Notes: generated by a model from the letters alone, not told the origin. Positions 26,867 through 35,617 are shown, counted from the stretch's first letter. The stretch is 38,272 bases of DNA from Thermoplasmatota archaeon (GCA_049975285.1 JBNGDQ010000001.1:1-38272), one strand, 5' to 3'. Numbers and translations: made by a program.

Positions 26867-28039
26867 TTAATAAAGCTTGCCGCTCCCTGATATTGGCGGA
26901 AGATCATCAACGGCTATGCCAGCCGTCCAGGCCACGCCCCGCCGGACGATCCACCAGTTGTAATCCTCCGGCAGCTCCTCCCGACCCGTCCAGCCGAACA
27001 GCCCCAGACCCAGCATGCGGTTCCGCTCCGTGTCCCGCTCGACGAGGCGGCCACCCCGCCAGACGGGATGCTCGGGATGATTACCGAACAAGACGACGCG
27101 TCCCTCCCCATAACGGCAGGAAATGGCTGCGGGCTTCCCGGCGAGATGCGTCTCAATGACCCGGTCATCCATGTCCCACCAGTCAAGTGGCTGCCATGGA
27201 TCGGGACTGTAGCGCCAGGCGTGCAGCATCGTCGATGCGTTGCCGTGCGGACCGGACATGTTTTCATCTGGATACCAGGCCAGCACCGAGACGTCGCCCG
27301 TGGGCAGCAGGGCAGGGCCACCGACCCACCGAATGATGCGACTGTCACCGTCATAACCGGCAAAGATGGGATGACTCCGGTTGACGGGGCACTGCTGGCA
27401 GAGGCCGCTGCCCTCGATGCTGAGGTTGTACCATATGTAGGCTGACTGCCCGATGCGCTCCGGTACACCGGCGAGGGACAGCGCGATGGGGTCGCCGATA
27501 TCCTGGTATGCCTGCACCGACGCGATGCCGAGCGCGGAGGCATTCATGAACCATTCCCATGCAGTCATCGATGTGTGGCCACGCTGCTCTGGCGGTACGA
27601 GGCACTCGGCGGCCATGTTTGCGCCGCCGCAGGCTCCGAAGTAGCCGCCGCCGTTTGCTATGAATTCACGGATGGCCTCCTTCCATGAGGCTCCGACGGC
27701 GTGAGGGCGACGGTATTCTTTGCCGATGCCGGGAATGATGAGGACGTCGAAGCCATCAAGCCCGCCGGCGGTTATCTGCGGGTCGGTGAGCCACGTGACT
27801 TCGAAGCAATAGCTGTTGGTGCCTTCACTCCACGTGTAGCCGTCGAGGAGGGCGTGCATCTCGGGTGGCGAGGTAAACGAGGGAATGAATGAGTCGAGGA
27901 GAGCGACGGTGATGGTCTGCTGCTCTATGGCCGTCGTGTCCGGCGTGGCAGGACGGGCATCATCGTGATGCTCTAGGGCTGATGGAACGACTGGAAGCAG
28001 GAGAAACAGGGCAAAAAAGAGGACAGGCAGCCATTTCAT
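26867..28039 (-). CDS. Secreted protein with class-I glutamine-amidotransferase-like (BPL_N/ThuA-like) domain
   Basis: The preferred start is ATG 28039 (MKWLPVLFFALFLLLPVVPSALE, a signal peptide); the ORF-track extension to 28114 is A/T-rich promoter sequence. The segment FDVLIIPGIG...FIANGGGYFGACGGANMA resembles the GATase1-like nucleophile-elbow region. Confidence 0.55.
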   Translation of the reverse strand: MKWLPVLFFALFLLLPVVPSALEHHDDARPATPDTTAIEQQTITVALLDSFIPSFTSPPEMHALLDGYTWSEGTNSYCFEVTWLTDPQITAGGLDGFDVLIIPGIGKEYRRPHAVGASWKEAIREFIANGGGYFGACGGANMAAECLVPPEQRGHTSMTAWEWFMNASALGIASVQAYQDIGDPIALSLAGVPERIGQSAYIWYNLSIEGSGLCQQCPVNRSHPIFAGYDGDSRIIRWVGGPALLPTGDVSVLAWYPDENMSGPHGNASTMLHAWRYSPDPWQPLDWWDMDDRVIETHLAGKPAAISCRYGEGRVVLFGNHPEHPVWRGGRLVERDTERNRMLGLGLFGWTGREELPEDYNWWIVRRGVAWTAGIAVDDLPPISGSGKLY

Positions 28040-28155
28040 GGATGTAATATCTTCTATTCTAATATATAATTTTAGAAAAGTTTTAAAATAAACATTCATT
28101 ATTATAGCGTTCAAAATATGAGCGTCAAAAATGTGGATGTTGCCGGGAGGATAGC

Positions 28156-29547
28156 ATGAACATCCTGCTCACCATGCCGTCTCCACAGCGCTACCAAGAC
28201 TGGTACGACCGACTCCTCGAACGCATATGTATACTCTGGCCGCCCCTCACGCTCAGACAGCTCGAAGCCATAACCCCGGACAAACACACGGTTGACGTCG
28301 TTCACAGCCATGAAAAAATAAAAGAAAATGAGGAATACGACGTCGTCGGCATAAGCTTCTTTACCGCCACCGCCCCACAGGCATATGCCCTGGCTGACAC
28401 GTACAGAGAAAAAGGAAGCATCGTCATACTCGGGGGCTACCATGCATCCGCACTGCCCAGCGAAGCAAAACAGCACAGCGATGCCGTCGTCATTGGAGAA
28501 GCCGAACATCTCTGGCCCCGGGTTCTGCATGACATCGAACACGACACGCTCCAGCCCTTCTATCACATGCGACGCCCTACACCGCCACGTGCCATCCCCG
28601 GAGCCACACAGACCAGCATCCCGGGAATGATCAAAATCGGCGGGGCCGAAGCCACCCGGGGATGTCCCTACGGCTGCGAGTTCTGCGCCCTCTCCCACAG
28701 CCCGTTCGGACAGTGCTACCGGAAAAAACCAGTCGAGCAGGTCATCGCAGAGATAACATCCATCCCACACAGATACTTCGTCTTCTACGACGGTTCGCTC
28801 ACCGTGGACCCGACCTACACGAAGGCCCTGTTCCGCCGGCTCCGCGACCTCAACAAAAAATTTGCCGCCTTCGGCCATGCCAGCATGGTCGACGACGAAG
28901 AGCTGCTCCGGCTGGCCCGGGATGCGGGATGCATCGCCTGGGACATCGGCTTCGAATCCATCTACCAGCATACCATCGACCGGCTCAATAAGCGCTCCAA
29001 TGTGGTACAGAGATATGCCGACGTGGTGGAAAAACTCCATGACTATGGCATGAACGTGATAGGGTCGTTTGCCTTCGGCTTCGACGAGCACACCCCGGGC
29101 GTCTTCGACAAAACACTGGAGGCTGTCCACCAGTGGGACATCGACTCCCTGGGCATCACGATTCTCACGCCGCTGCCGGGAACCCGGCTCTACGACCGGT
29201 TGCAAAAAGAAAACCGGATACTGACCAGAGACTGGTCGAAATATGACCTCTACCACGTCGTATTCCAGCCGAAACACATGTCCCCCCGGGAACTCTACGA
29301 CGGAGTGTCCAACTTCGTCAAAGCATTTTACGCACCGGACAACCTCCTGCAGCGCATGATGAGAAATATAGCCCATACGGGCCTCCTCTCCTCGCTGGGC
29401 ATCAACTACCACCTCATCAGCTCCCGGGTCATCTACAAATCAGCCTTCGGACAGCGCTACATCCACAACCATCACCATCAACAATATCCAATATCGTCAC
29501 CAGCAACATCTCTAAAGAGCAGTGCCAGCCCAGCCAGGCAAAAATAG
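28156..29547 (+). CDS. Cobalamin(B12)-binding-domain radical SAM enzyme (class B rSAM), paralog B
   Basis: GGGAGG (28145-28150) precedes the ATG. The B12-domain region reads DVVGISFFTATAPQAYALADTYREKGSIVILGGYHAS...AVVIGEAE. The rSAM motif is GCPYGCEFC. Blocks shared with paralog A are AGCIAW, FGFD..TP, ILTP.PGT, DWSKY and QPK.M.P.EL. Confidence 0.88.
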   Translation: MNILLTMPSPQRYQDWYDRLLERICILWPPLTLRQLEAITPDKHTVDVVHSHEKIKENEEYDVVGISFFTATAPQAYALADTYREKGSIVILGGYHASALPSEAKQHSDAVVIGEAEHLWPRVLHDIEHDTLQPFYHMRRPTPPRAIPGATQTSIPGMIKIGGAEATRGCPYGCEFCALSHSPFGQCYRKKPVEQVIAEITSIPHRYFVFYDGSLTVDPTYTKALFRRLRDLNKKFAAFGHASMVDDEELLRLARDAGCIAWDIGFESIYQHTIDRLNKRSNVVQRYADVVEKLHDYGMNVIGSFAFGFDEHTPGVFDKTLEAVHQWDIDSLGITILTPLPGTRLYDRLQKENRILTRDWSKYDLYHVVFQPKHMSPRELYDGVSNFVKAFYAPDNLLQRMMRNIAHTGLLSSLGINYHLISSRVIYKSAFGQRYIHNHHHQQYPISSPATSLKSSASPARQK

Positions 29548-29585
29548 CAATTATTAAAAGTTTGCAAGGCATATATGCATGTTTC

Positions 29586-30653
29586 ATGGACGTGGTCATC
29601 GTTGGTGCCGGACCCGCCGGCCTCATCACTGGTCTTCAGCTTCTGGAGCGAGGGGAATCACCCGTCATCTGCGAAAAACAGCCCGGGATAGTGACCACGG
29701 TCTGCGCTGAGGCCTGTGACAGCAACTCGCTGAAACAGCTCCCGTTTGACTCTACCCCCTACATCGCCCATGAAGTCGAAGGCGCCTACGCTGTCTTCCC
29801 CGGCGACAGCCACTTCGAGATCCCCAAACCAGGAGTCGTCCTCGACCGGCAGCGGTGGCTGCAGGGCCTCGCTACAGCTTTCGAGCAGCGAGGCGGCGTC
29901 CTCCGCACCGGGACCACTGTGACCTCGACCACCGACAGCGGCGTCATGCTGCAGGATGGAGAACACCTGCAGGCAGACATCGTCGTGGGGGCCGACGGAC
30001 CCTACTCGCGTCTCAGAAAACAGATGGAGATCCCCCAAGAGCTCATATGTGGCGTCCAGTACCGCGTGGCCTGCGACACCAGTGACATGGACCACCTTCG
30101 CTTCTATTTCGACAAGCGCTTCAGCGAGCATTATGGCTGGCTGTTCCCCCGGGGTGAGGTAGTCAACGTGGGCCTCTCCGGTAAATGCAGGCAGCTCGAC
30201 CGGCTCCTGGCTCATCTCGGCTTCGATGCCGCGGCAGTAACGGAGAAGATGGCCGGCGCTATCCCGGTCGGCGGGGTACCGAAACGACTCGTGGATGGCA
30301 ATCGAGTGCTCATCGGGGATGCTGCCTCCATGACGAATCCGCTCTCCGGCGGTGGACTGACACCCATCGCGCATGCATCGGCGCTGCTCGCCCGGTACAT
30401 CGATGACCTTAAGCGATATGAGCAGGCAGTCCATGCGCATCCAATGGCGGACAAGAGCATCGTGCGGGCAAAGAACGTATTGCTCCGCCTGAGTGTCGAG
30501 GACCTGCGGAAGATGGGAGACCTGGTCGACGGGAAAACCATGTACGAGCTGGGGCACCGTGACCGGATTGCAGCCTTGCGGTATCCCCTGCTGGCTCCCT
30601 CCTTCAAAGCGATGGCGAAGGGGGTAGCGCTCTCCCTTGAATGGGGATGGTAG
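29586..30653 (+). CDS. Geranylgeranyl reductase family flavoprotein (digeranylgeranylglycerophospholipid reductase-like)
   Basis: The ORF-track start at 29562 is TTG. ATG 29586 gives MDVVIVGAGPAGL, which contains the FAD GxGxxG motif. LIGDAASMTNPLSGGGL is the conserved GGR motif. A TATA-like TTATTAAAA lies at 29551-29559. Confidence 0.85.
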   Translation: MDVVIVGAGPAGLITGLQLLERGESPVICEKQPGIVTTVCAEACDSNSLKQLPFDSTPYIAHEVEGAYAVFPGDSHFEIPKPGVVLDRQRWLQGLATAFEQRGGVLRTGTTVTSTTDSGVMLQDGEHLQADIVVGADGPYSRLRKQMEIPQELICGVQYRVACDTSDMDHLRFYFDKRFSEHYGWLFPRGEVVNVGLSGKCRQLDRLLAHLGFDAAAVTEKMAGAIPVGGVPKRLVDGNRVLIGDAASMTNPLSGGGLTPIAHASALLARYIDDLKRYEQAVHAHPMADKSIVRAKNVLLRLSVEDLRKMGDLVDGKTMYELGHRDRIAALRYPLLAPSFKAMAKGVALSLEWGW

Positions 30654-32465
30654 CTAGCCCTGCCATTCCTGGAAGCAGATGATGAAGGTGGAGCCTTCGC
30701 CCGGCTGGCTGTCCACGTGAATGGTGCCCCCCTGGTTTTCGATGATGGTTTTGACCAGGTGGAGACCGAGGCCGCTGCCGCTGCTGTCATCGCCCTTTAC
30801 CTTGCGAGAAAAAATATCCTTCCGGATGGCATCCGGGATGCCCCGGCCGTCATCCGCGATGGAGACCGTCACGTGACCGTCTGCTCTCTCGCCGGTGATG
30901 ATGACCCGGTCGGCCCGGGAATGCGCCACGGCGTTGCCGATGATGTTGACGAAGGCCTCCCGGGTGAGCTCGTTGCCCTGGACCACGGCCTGGATGGGCT
31001 CATACTGCACCTGGATCTCCTGCCGGGATAGCTCGCTGGAGAACTCGGCGAGCACCTCGCGTATCAACGGGTCCAGGTCTACCGGCTGGAGTTCCTGTTC
31101 CTCCGTCGCGCGCTGTATCTCCCGAACCTTCTGGATGAGGCGGTTGCTGGACTCCAGTGAACGAAAGGCCATCTCCGCCAGGTCCCGCTGCTCCCCGGAG
31201 AGATCCATGCCCAGGAGCAGCTCGAGGTATCCCATGATGACCTGGTTCTTGTTGCGGACGTCATGCCGGAGCAATGAATGATAAAACGCGGCTTGTTCCT
31301 CCGCCTGCTTCATCCGGGTGATGTCGGTTACGATGGCAAACGTGCCCCCGAACGAGCCATCCGGGTTCCGATAGGGCGCCGCGGACACGATGCCGTTCAA
31401 CAACTGTCCATTCCGATGGCGGAACACTGCCTCGTAGGCGTCCCGCATACCATCCTTGCGCTGCTCCGTCTTGGCCTGGAATACCTGGTATTGCTCCTCA
31501 GTCGTGATGTCCCGCAGGTTTTTACCCGTGAGCTCGTCTACGGGATACCCGATGAAATCCGACATTGTCTGATTGACGAATAATATAGTCTCATCTGGGT
31601 CAAGCTTGATGATGCCCTCCTTCGCCGTCTCCACCAGGATGCGGTACTGGTTCTCCGACGCCCGGAGTTCATCCAGCGTCTGCAGGCTCTTCAACACCGT
31701 CGCCATCTCCGATGCCAGCGTGCTCAGCAGCGTCCGGTCCTCCAGCGTGATAGCGTCAACGGCGTCATTCTGCACGTCGAAGACACCGAACTTTTCCTCC
31801 TTGAACGTAATCGGGATGGCATATTCACAGCGGGCACCCGGCACCCCCTCGATGTAGCGGTCATCCTCCCGAACGTCGGGTACATACAGGGCGTCATCCG
31901 TCAGAAACGCAGCCACCGTGATACCGTCACCGGCCAGCGGCAGCTGCAACGCTTTCTCTGCTGCTGTATACCCGCGCTGCCGGGCAATACGAAGCGCATC
32001 GCCGTCCCGCTCCAGGATAGCGCAGTTGCGGTACCCGAGCAGATCCTTCGCGAAATCCATGACCAGCTCATAGACGCGCTCTTTATCCGGAGCTACCTTC
32101 ATCTCCCGGGAGGCTGCCTCCACCAGCCGCATTTTTTGCTCGAAGCGCATGTGACTGGTGACCTCCATCAGGCAGCCGGAGAGCATATCTTCTCCCTGCA
32201 GCTGGACGGCAGCCCTGCGAAACTCGACCCATCGTTCCACGTCGCCAGCCATTATTTTAAAGCGGACCGGGGTGCCCTGGAGCAACTGTTCCCGGACTTC
32301 GCCGGCGTCCGGGATGAGCGACCAGAACTGGTCCACGGGTACGGCATCCTGCGAAAAGCCAGTCAGGGTTCGCATATGCCGGTTGAGCATCAACAGCCGG
32401 TCATCCCGGATGGCGAAAAAACCCACCGGTACGGCATCCATCAATGTCTCAGCCCGCGATGGCAT
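30654..32465 (-). CDS. Cytoplasmic sensor histidine kinase (PAS-GAF-PAS-HisKA-HATPase_c)
   Basis: The H-box is LLRHDVRNKNQVIMGYLELL, the N-box is VNIIGNAVAHS, and the G-boxes are IADDGRGI and GSGLGLHLVKTII. No TM segment is present. A TATA-like box (minus-strand TTATATAT, 32486-32493) lies about 25 nt upstream of the ATG. Confidence 0.9.
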   Translation of the reverse strand: MPSRAETLMDAVPVGFFAIRDDRLLMLNRHMRTLTGFSQDAVPVDQFWSLIPDAGEVREQLLQGTPVRFKIMAGDVERWVEFRRAAVQLQGEDMLSGCLMEVTSHMRFEQKMRLVEAASREMKVAPDKERVYELVMDFAKDLLGYRNCAILERDGDALRIARQRGYTAAEKALQLPLAGDGITVAAFLTDDALYVPDVREDDRYIEGVPGARCEYAIPITFKEEKFGVFDVQNDAVDAITLEDRTLLSTLASEMATVLKSLQTLDELRASENQYRILVETAKEGIIKLDPDETILFVNQTMSDFIGYPVDELTGKNLRDITTEEQYQVFQAKTEQRKDGMRDAYEAVFRHRNGQLLNGIVSAAPYRNPDGSFGGTFAIVTDITRMKQAEEQAAFYHSLLRHDVRNKNQVIMGYLELLLGMDLSGEQRDLAEMAFRSLESSNRLIQKVREIQRATEEQELQPVDLDPLIREVLAEFSSELSRQEIQVQYEPIQAVVQGNELTREAFVNIIGNAVAHSRADRVIITGERADGHVTVSIADDGRGIPDAIRKDIFSRKVKGDDSSGSGLGLHLVKTIIENQGGTIHVDSQPGEGSTFIICFQEWQG

Positions 32466-32498
32466 CCCTGCTGCAAGGTGTCAGCGATATATAACGTT

Positions 32499-33002
32499 TT
32501 ATTTTTCTTCGTCGACCCGCTGTATGTTCATGCCCTTGTACTCGAGCCGGGCGGATCGCTTGACGATGGATTTCATCTGGATGGAACTGAAATCGAATTT
32601 ACGCTCTGCTTCACGGCCGAGCTCGCCGTCGCCGACGAAGTCGTAGATCTGCTGCTCGATGTCATGGAACGTCTCCTCGTCCATCAGGGCAATGGAGAAC
32701 ACGTCCTGGAGCATGTCAACCGACGATATGACCTTTATATGGAAGGATGAATAAAAAGCATGATATTGTTTCTTCGCGGTGCCGCCGTCCATCTCCCAGC
32801 GGGTCTCCACGAGCTTGACTTTTTCAAAAAACGTGAGGGCCTCCTTTCCCGCCTGGCCGTATTCCTCCTCGACTTCTTCCATGATGGTCCATTCCTCGCA
32901 GACCTTCTCAAACACATGCCGCTTGACGTCGGAGTCAAAGGCTCGCATCAGCCACACCAGATCCGTAATATCGTTGATCAGCTTCGCCTGGCTCATAGAC
33001 AT
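32499..33002 (-). CDS. Hypothetical acidic cytoplasmic protein (167 aa), possibly wHTH-like
   Basis: The ORF is clean with ATG starts (MSMSQ...). It lies immediately upstream of the kinase on the same strand. No confident family was recognised. Confidence 0.5.
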   Translation of the reverse strand: MSMSQAKLINDITDLVWLMRAFDSDVKRHVFEKVCEEWTIMEEVEEEYGQAGKEALTFFEKVKLVETRWEMDGGTAKKQYHAFYSSFHIKVISSVDMLQDVFSIALMDEETFHDIEQQIYDFVGDGELGREAERKFDFSSIQMKSIVKRSARLEYKGMNIQRVDEEK

Positions 33003-33068
33003 TTATGGCACATCCGTTTAAATTTCTATGGGTCAAAAATCATTAATAGCAGGAACAAATACGGGTGT

Positions 33069-33977
33069 ATGGGAGAAGGCTACGGCTACGGCAAAGTCAT
33101 TTTATTCAATGAACACTTCGTCGTCTACGACGTCCCGGCTATCGCGTCAGCCATCGACAAGACAACCACGGCACGCGTCCGGCCCAGTCCATCCGGGCTG
33201 GTGCTCCACGACGACCGCATGGCCACCCCGCGATACAAGGAAAACAAGAAAGACCAGCAGCAGGACTCACTCCGCTACATCTTCCAGGCCATGGACGTCG
33301 ACCCCAACCTGGAGATATGGCTCCAGGGCGACCTCAAGGCAGCCAGCGGCATCGGAGCCAGCGCGGCCAGCTGCGCCGCGATAGCGAGAGCCATCAACGA
33401 TGAATACGACATGGGCCTCAGCATGGAGGACATCAATCGCGTTGCCTATGAGGGAGAACGCGGCTACCATGGCACCCCGTCGGGCCTCGACAACACCGTC
33501 GCCACGTTCGGCGGCCTGGTCTGGTTCCAGTCCGGCGACATGGAACGGCTCACCATCGATGAACCCGTCGACATCGTGATGGGCAACACGGGCATCGTCG
33601 CGGATACCAAGCAGGCCGTGGCCGGCGTCCGCAAACGCAGAGAACAGCAGCCCGATAAATATGAAAAGGTTTTCAAGCAGGCAGAGGAACTGGTACATGA
33701 GGCGCGCGAGGCACTGCTCGCCAGCGACTGGCCAAAAGTCGGCCGGTATATGAACCAAAACCATGAGCTGCTCCAGCAGATCGAGGTGTCATCGCCGGAG
33801 CTGAACGAGCTCGTCGACCTGGCCCGGGAGCAGGGCGCCCTCGGCGCCAAGATGACCGGCGGAGGCCTCGGCGGGTTCATGGTGGCATTGACGCCCGGCG
33901 GGGAGCTACAGGAAACCGTCGCAGCGGCGATAGAAGACGCGGGTTACGAGGCACTCCGCACCCGGGTGGGCATCTAA
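33069..33977 (+). CDS. mvk: Mevalonate kinase
   Basis: The true start is ATG 33069 (MGEGYGYGKVILFNEHFVVYDVPAIA); the ORF-track start at 32760 overlaps the opposite-strand gene. The GHMP motif is KAASGIGASAASCAA and the C-terminal motif is GAKMTGGGLGGF. Confidence 0.92.
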   Translation: MGEGYGYGKVILFNEHFVVYDVPAIASAIDKTTTARVRPSPSGLVLHDDRMATPRYKENKKDQQQDSLRYIFQAMDVDPNLEIWLQGDLKAASGIGASAASCAAIARAINDEYDMGLSMEDINRVAYEGERGYHGTPSGLDNTVATFGGLVWFQSGDMERLTIDEPVDIVMGNTGIVADTKQAVAGVRKRREQQPDKYEKVFKQAEELVHEAREALLASDWPKVGRYMNQNHELLQQIEVSSPELNELVDLAREQGALGAKMTGGGLGGFMVALTPGGELQETVAAAIEDAGYEALRTRVGI

Positions 33978-34004
33978 AGAGAAATGCTTAAATGAGCCCG
34001 GCGC

Positions 34005-34010
34005 TTTTTT
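34005..34010 (+). terminator. Oligo-T tract (T6) after mvk
   Basis: GCGCTTTTTT lies 28 nt after the TAA at 33975-33977. Confidence 0.3.
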
Positions 34011-34020
34011 CATCCCGTCT

Positions 34021-34105
34021 GCGAGGGTAGCCAAGCCAGGCCAACGGCGACAGACTCAAGATCTGTTCCAGCAGTGGTTCGTCGGTTCGAATCCGGCCCC
34101 TCGCA
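34021..34105 (+). tRNA. tRNA-Leu (anticodon CAA)
   Basis: Hand-folded structure. Acceptor stem GCGAGGG/CCCTCGC, and anticodon stem ACAGA/TCTGT with loop CT-CAA-GA. A long variable arm (TCCAGCAGTGGTTC) is typical of tRNA-Leu. The T arm is GTCGG-TTCGAAT-CCGGC and the discriminator is A. No CCA is encoded, and a T7 run follows. Confidence 0.9.
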
Positions 34106-34112
34106 TTTTTTT
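34106..34112 (+). terminator. Oligo-T (T7) immediately after tRNA-Leu
   Basis: TTTTTTT directly follows the discriminator base. Confidence 0.5.
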
Positions 34113-34154
34113 AATATTAAACATTTATATACTACTTCGATGTTATAAGGGGTA

Positions 34155-34688
34155 ATGACTTACGAGAAAAAACCTCGGATTACCAAGCGGACTATTCCGG
34201 TGTATCTCCCGACCATTGAAATGAAAGAGCGGTGGAAAACCAAAGCGGAAGAAGTCGGGTTGTCGGCATCAAAGTTTGTTATCGAATACGTTGAAAACTC
34301 ACTGATGCAGGAAGAGAATAAGGATATATATAGCTCGCGCGCCGAACTAATGGAACAAATAAAAGACCTGAAAGATGAAAATACGGAGTTACGGAAGCGT
34401 AACAAAATGCTTGATACTCTGATTGGTAGAATGGACGAAGATATGAAACGATACCGTACTAAACCATTCATGCAAGATGAGTTTTATGGCATCAGGGAAT
34501 ATGAGGAGCAGCTCATAAATATATTCAAGGAACGGGGGAAGGTTAGAAAGGAAGAAATATATGAGCTGCTAGATATCGACCCCATGAAAAACAGTGACAT
34601 CGTGAAGGGCATAAACCGACAGTTAGAGATGCTGGAACGGTATGGCATGATAGAGGACAAGGGAAAGGTGTGGGTATGGAACGGCTAA
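34155..34688 (+). CDS. Ribbon-helix-helix (CopG/Arc-like) + coiled-coil + C-terminal winged-helix protein; candidate element regulator or excision factor
   Basis: AAGGGG precedes ATG 34155. The N-terminal RHH pattern is KRTIPVYLPTIEMKERWKTKAEEVGLSASKFVIEYVENSL. A heptad-rich middle region reads ELMEQIKDLKDENTELRKRNKMLDTL. The C-terminus is EEIYELLDIDPMKNSDIVKGINRQLEMLERYGMIEDKGKVWVW. Its 3' end overlaps the integrase start. Confidence 0.7.
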   Translation: MTYEKKPRITKRTIPVYLPTIEMKERWKTKAEEVGLSASKFVIEYVENSLMQEENKDIYSSRAELMEQIKDLKDENTELRKRNKMLDTLIGRMDEDMKRYRTKPFMQDEFYGIREYEEQLINIFKERGKVRKEEIYELLDIDPMKNSDIVKGINRQLEMLERYGMIEDKGKVWVWNG

Positions 34689-35617
34689 CCGATACTGAAC
34701 TACTGAGAGAGTTTGTAGATGATTGCAAGGTTAGGGGCCTGACCCATCATACCATCCGATGCTACCGAGGTCAAATACGGATATTTCGGGATTTTTTGAA
34801 TGAGCATAACCGGCATTTCTACGACGTTGACAAGAATATTTTGAAAGAGTTCATCCGATATCTCCGTAACCAGCGTAAGGTCAGCCAGAAGCGTATAGAA
34901 AATTATTTTTCCAGTTTGTCGAGCTTCTATGACTTCCTAACCTACGAAGACATCGTGGATAAAAATATAGTGTTGCAGGTTAGAAAACGGTATCTGCGTC
35001 GCTACAAAAAAGATAACAATGGTGGTAGCAGTCGAAAGCTGATAAGCATCGATGAAATGGCGAACTTCATAAACATGATATCTGATACTAGGGACAAAGC
35101 TGTTGCATTGCTTCTGGCAAAAACGGGCATCAGGAGAGGGGAGCTCATAAGCATAGATGTCGATGATATTGACTGGCAGGACATGAGCATCCGGCTGAAA
35201 CCTAAGGCAAAACGGTCAAACCTAACAGTGTTTTTCGACGACGAAACCACCGCTATCCTATGGCGGTGGGTATCCAAACGTGAAACCGTAGCAAACGAGG
35301 ACTGCCGTGCATTGTTTGTATCATATCAGTATGGCAAGCGGCTGAAACGAAGCGGCGTATATCATCCCTTTATATCTTGGGCTGAAAGGGCGGGACTCCA
35401 TAATTCCGAATCAGCCAGACTAGAGGACCACTTTACCCCCCATTGTTGCCGTCATTGGTTTACCACACATCTACGGCGGGCGGGGATGCCCAGGGAATAC
35501 ATCAAGGAACTACGCGGAGATGCCAGGACCGAAGCAATGGATATCTACCATCACATCGACCGTGAAGAACTGAAAAAATCCTATTTGGTACATATTCCAC
35601 AGTTGGGGGTTGAATAA
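34676..35617 (+). CDS. Tyrosine recombinase / phage-type integrase (XerC/D-like)
   Basis: The N-terminal SAM-like core-binding domain includes GLTHHTIRCYRGQIRIFRDFL. Catalytic signatures are AKTGIRRGEL (Arg), HCCRHWFTTHL (HxxR) and MDIYHH (Tyr). The ORF-track start at 34670 is GTG; the ATG is at 34676. Confidence 0.92.
   Translation: MERLTDTELLREFVDDCKVRGLTHHTIRCYRGQIRIFRDFLNEHNRHFYDVDKNILKEFIRYLRNQRKVSQKRIENYFSSLSSFYDFLTYEDIVDKNIVLQVRKRYLRRYKKDNNGGSSRKLISIDEMANFINMISDTRDKAVALLLAKTGIRRGELISIDVDDIDWQDMSIRLKPKAKRSNLTVFFDDETTAILWRWVSKRETVANEDCRALFVSYQYGKRLKRSGVYHPFISWAERAGLHNSESARLEDHFTPHCCRHWFTTHLRRAGMPREYIKELRGDARTEAMDIYHHIDREELKKSYLVHIPQLGVE

Noticed and set aside
1709-30557. Other long shadow ORFs (1709..2689-, 4170..5021-, 5320..6525-, 11747..12685+, 12908..13381+, 14498..15091+, 18028..19200+, 21360..21926-, 22335..23027-, 28111..29412-, 29658..30557-)
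   Set aside because: Each lies opposite a CDS with strong family motifs. None has a plausible start context or recognisable domain. High GC suppresses stop codons in antisense frames.
32760-33068. 103-codon N-terminal extension of the mevalonate kinase ORF
   Set aside because: The extension is antisense to the 167-aa gene (32499..33002). Canonical mevalonate kinase sequence begins at ATG 33069, and a TATA-like element lies at about 33016-33026.
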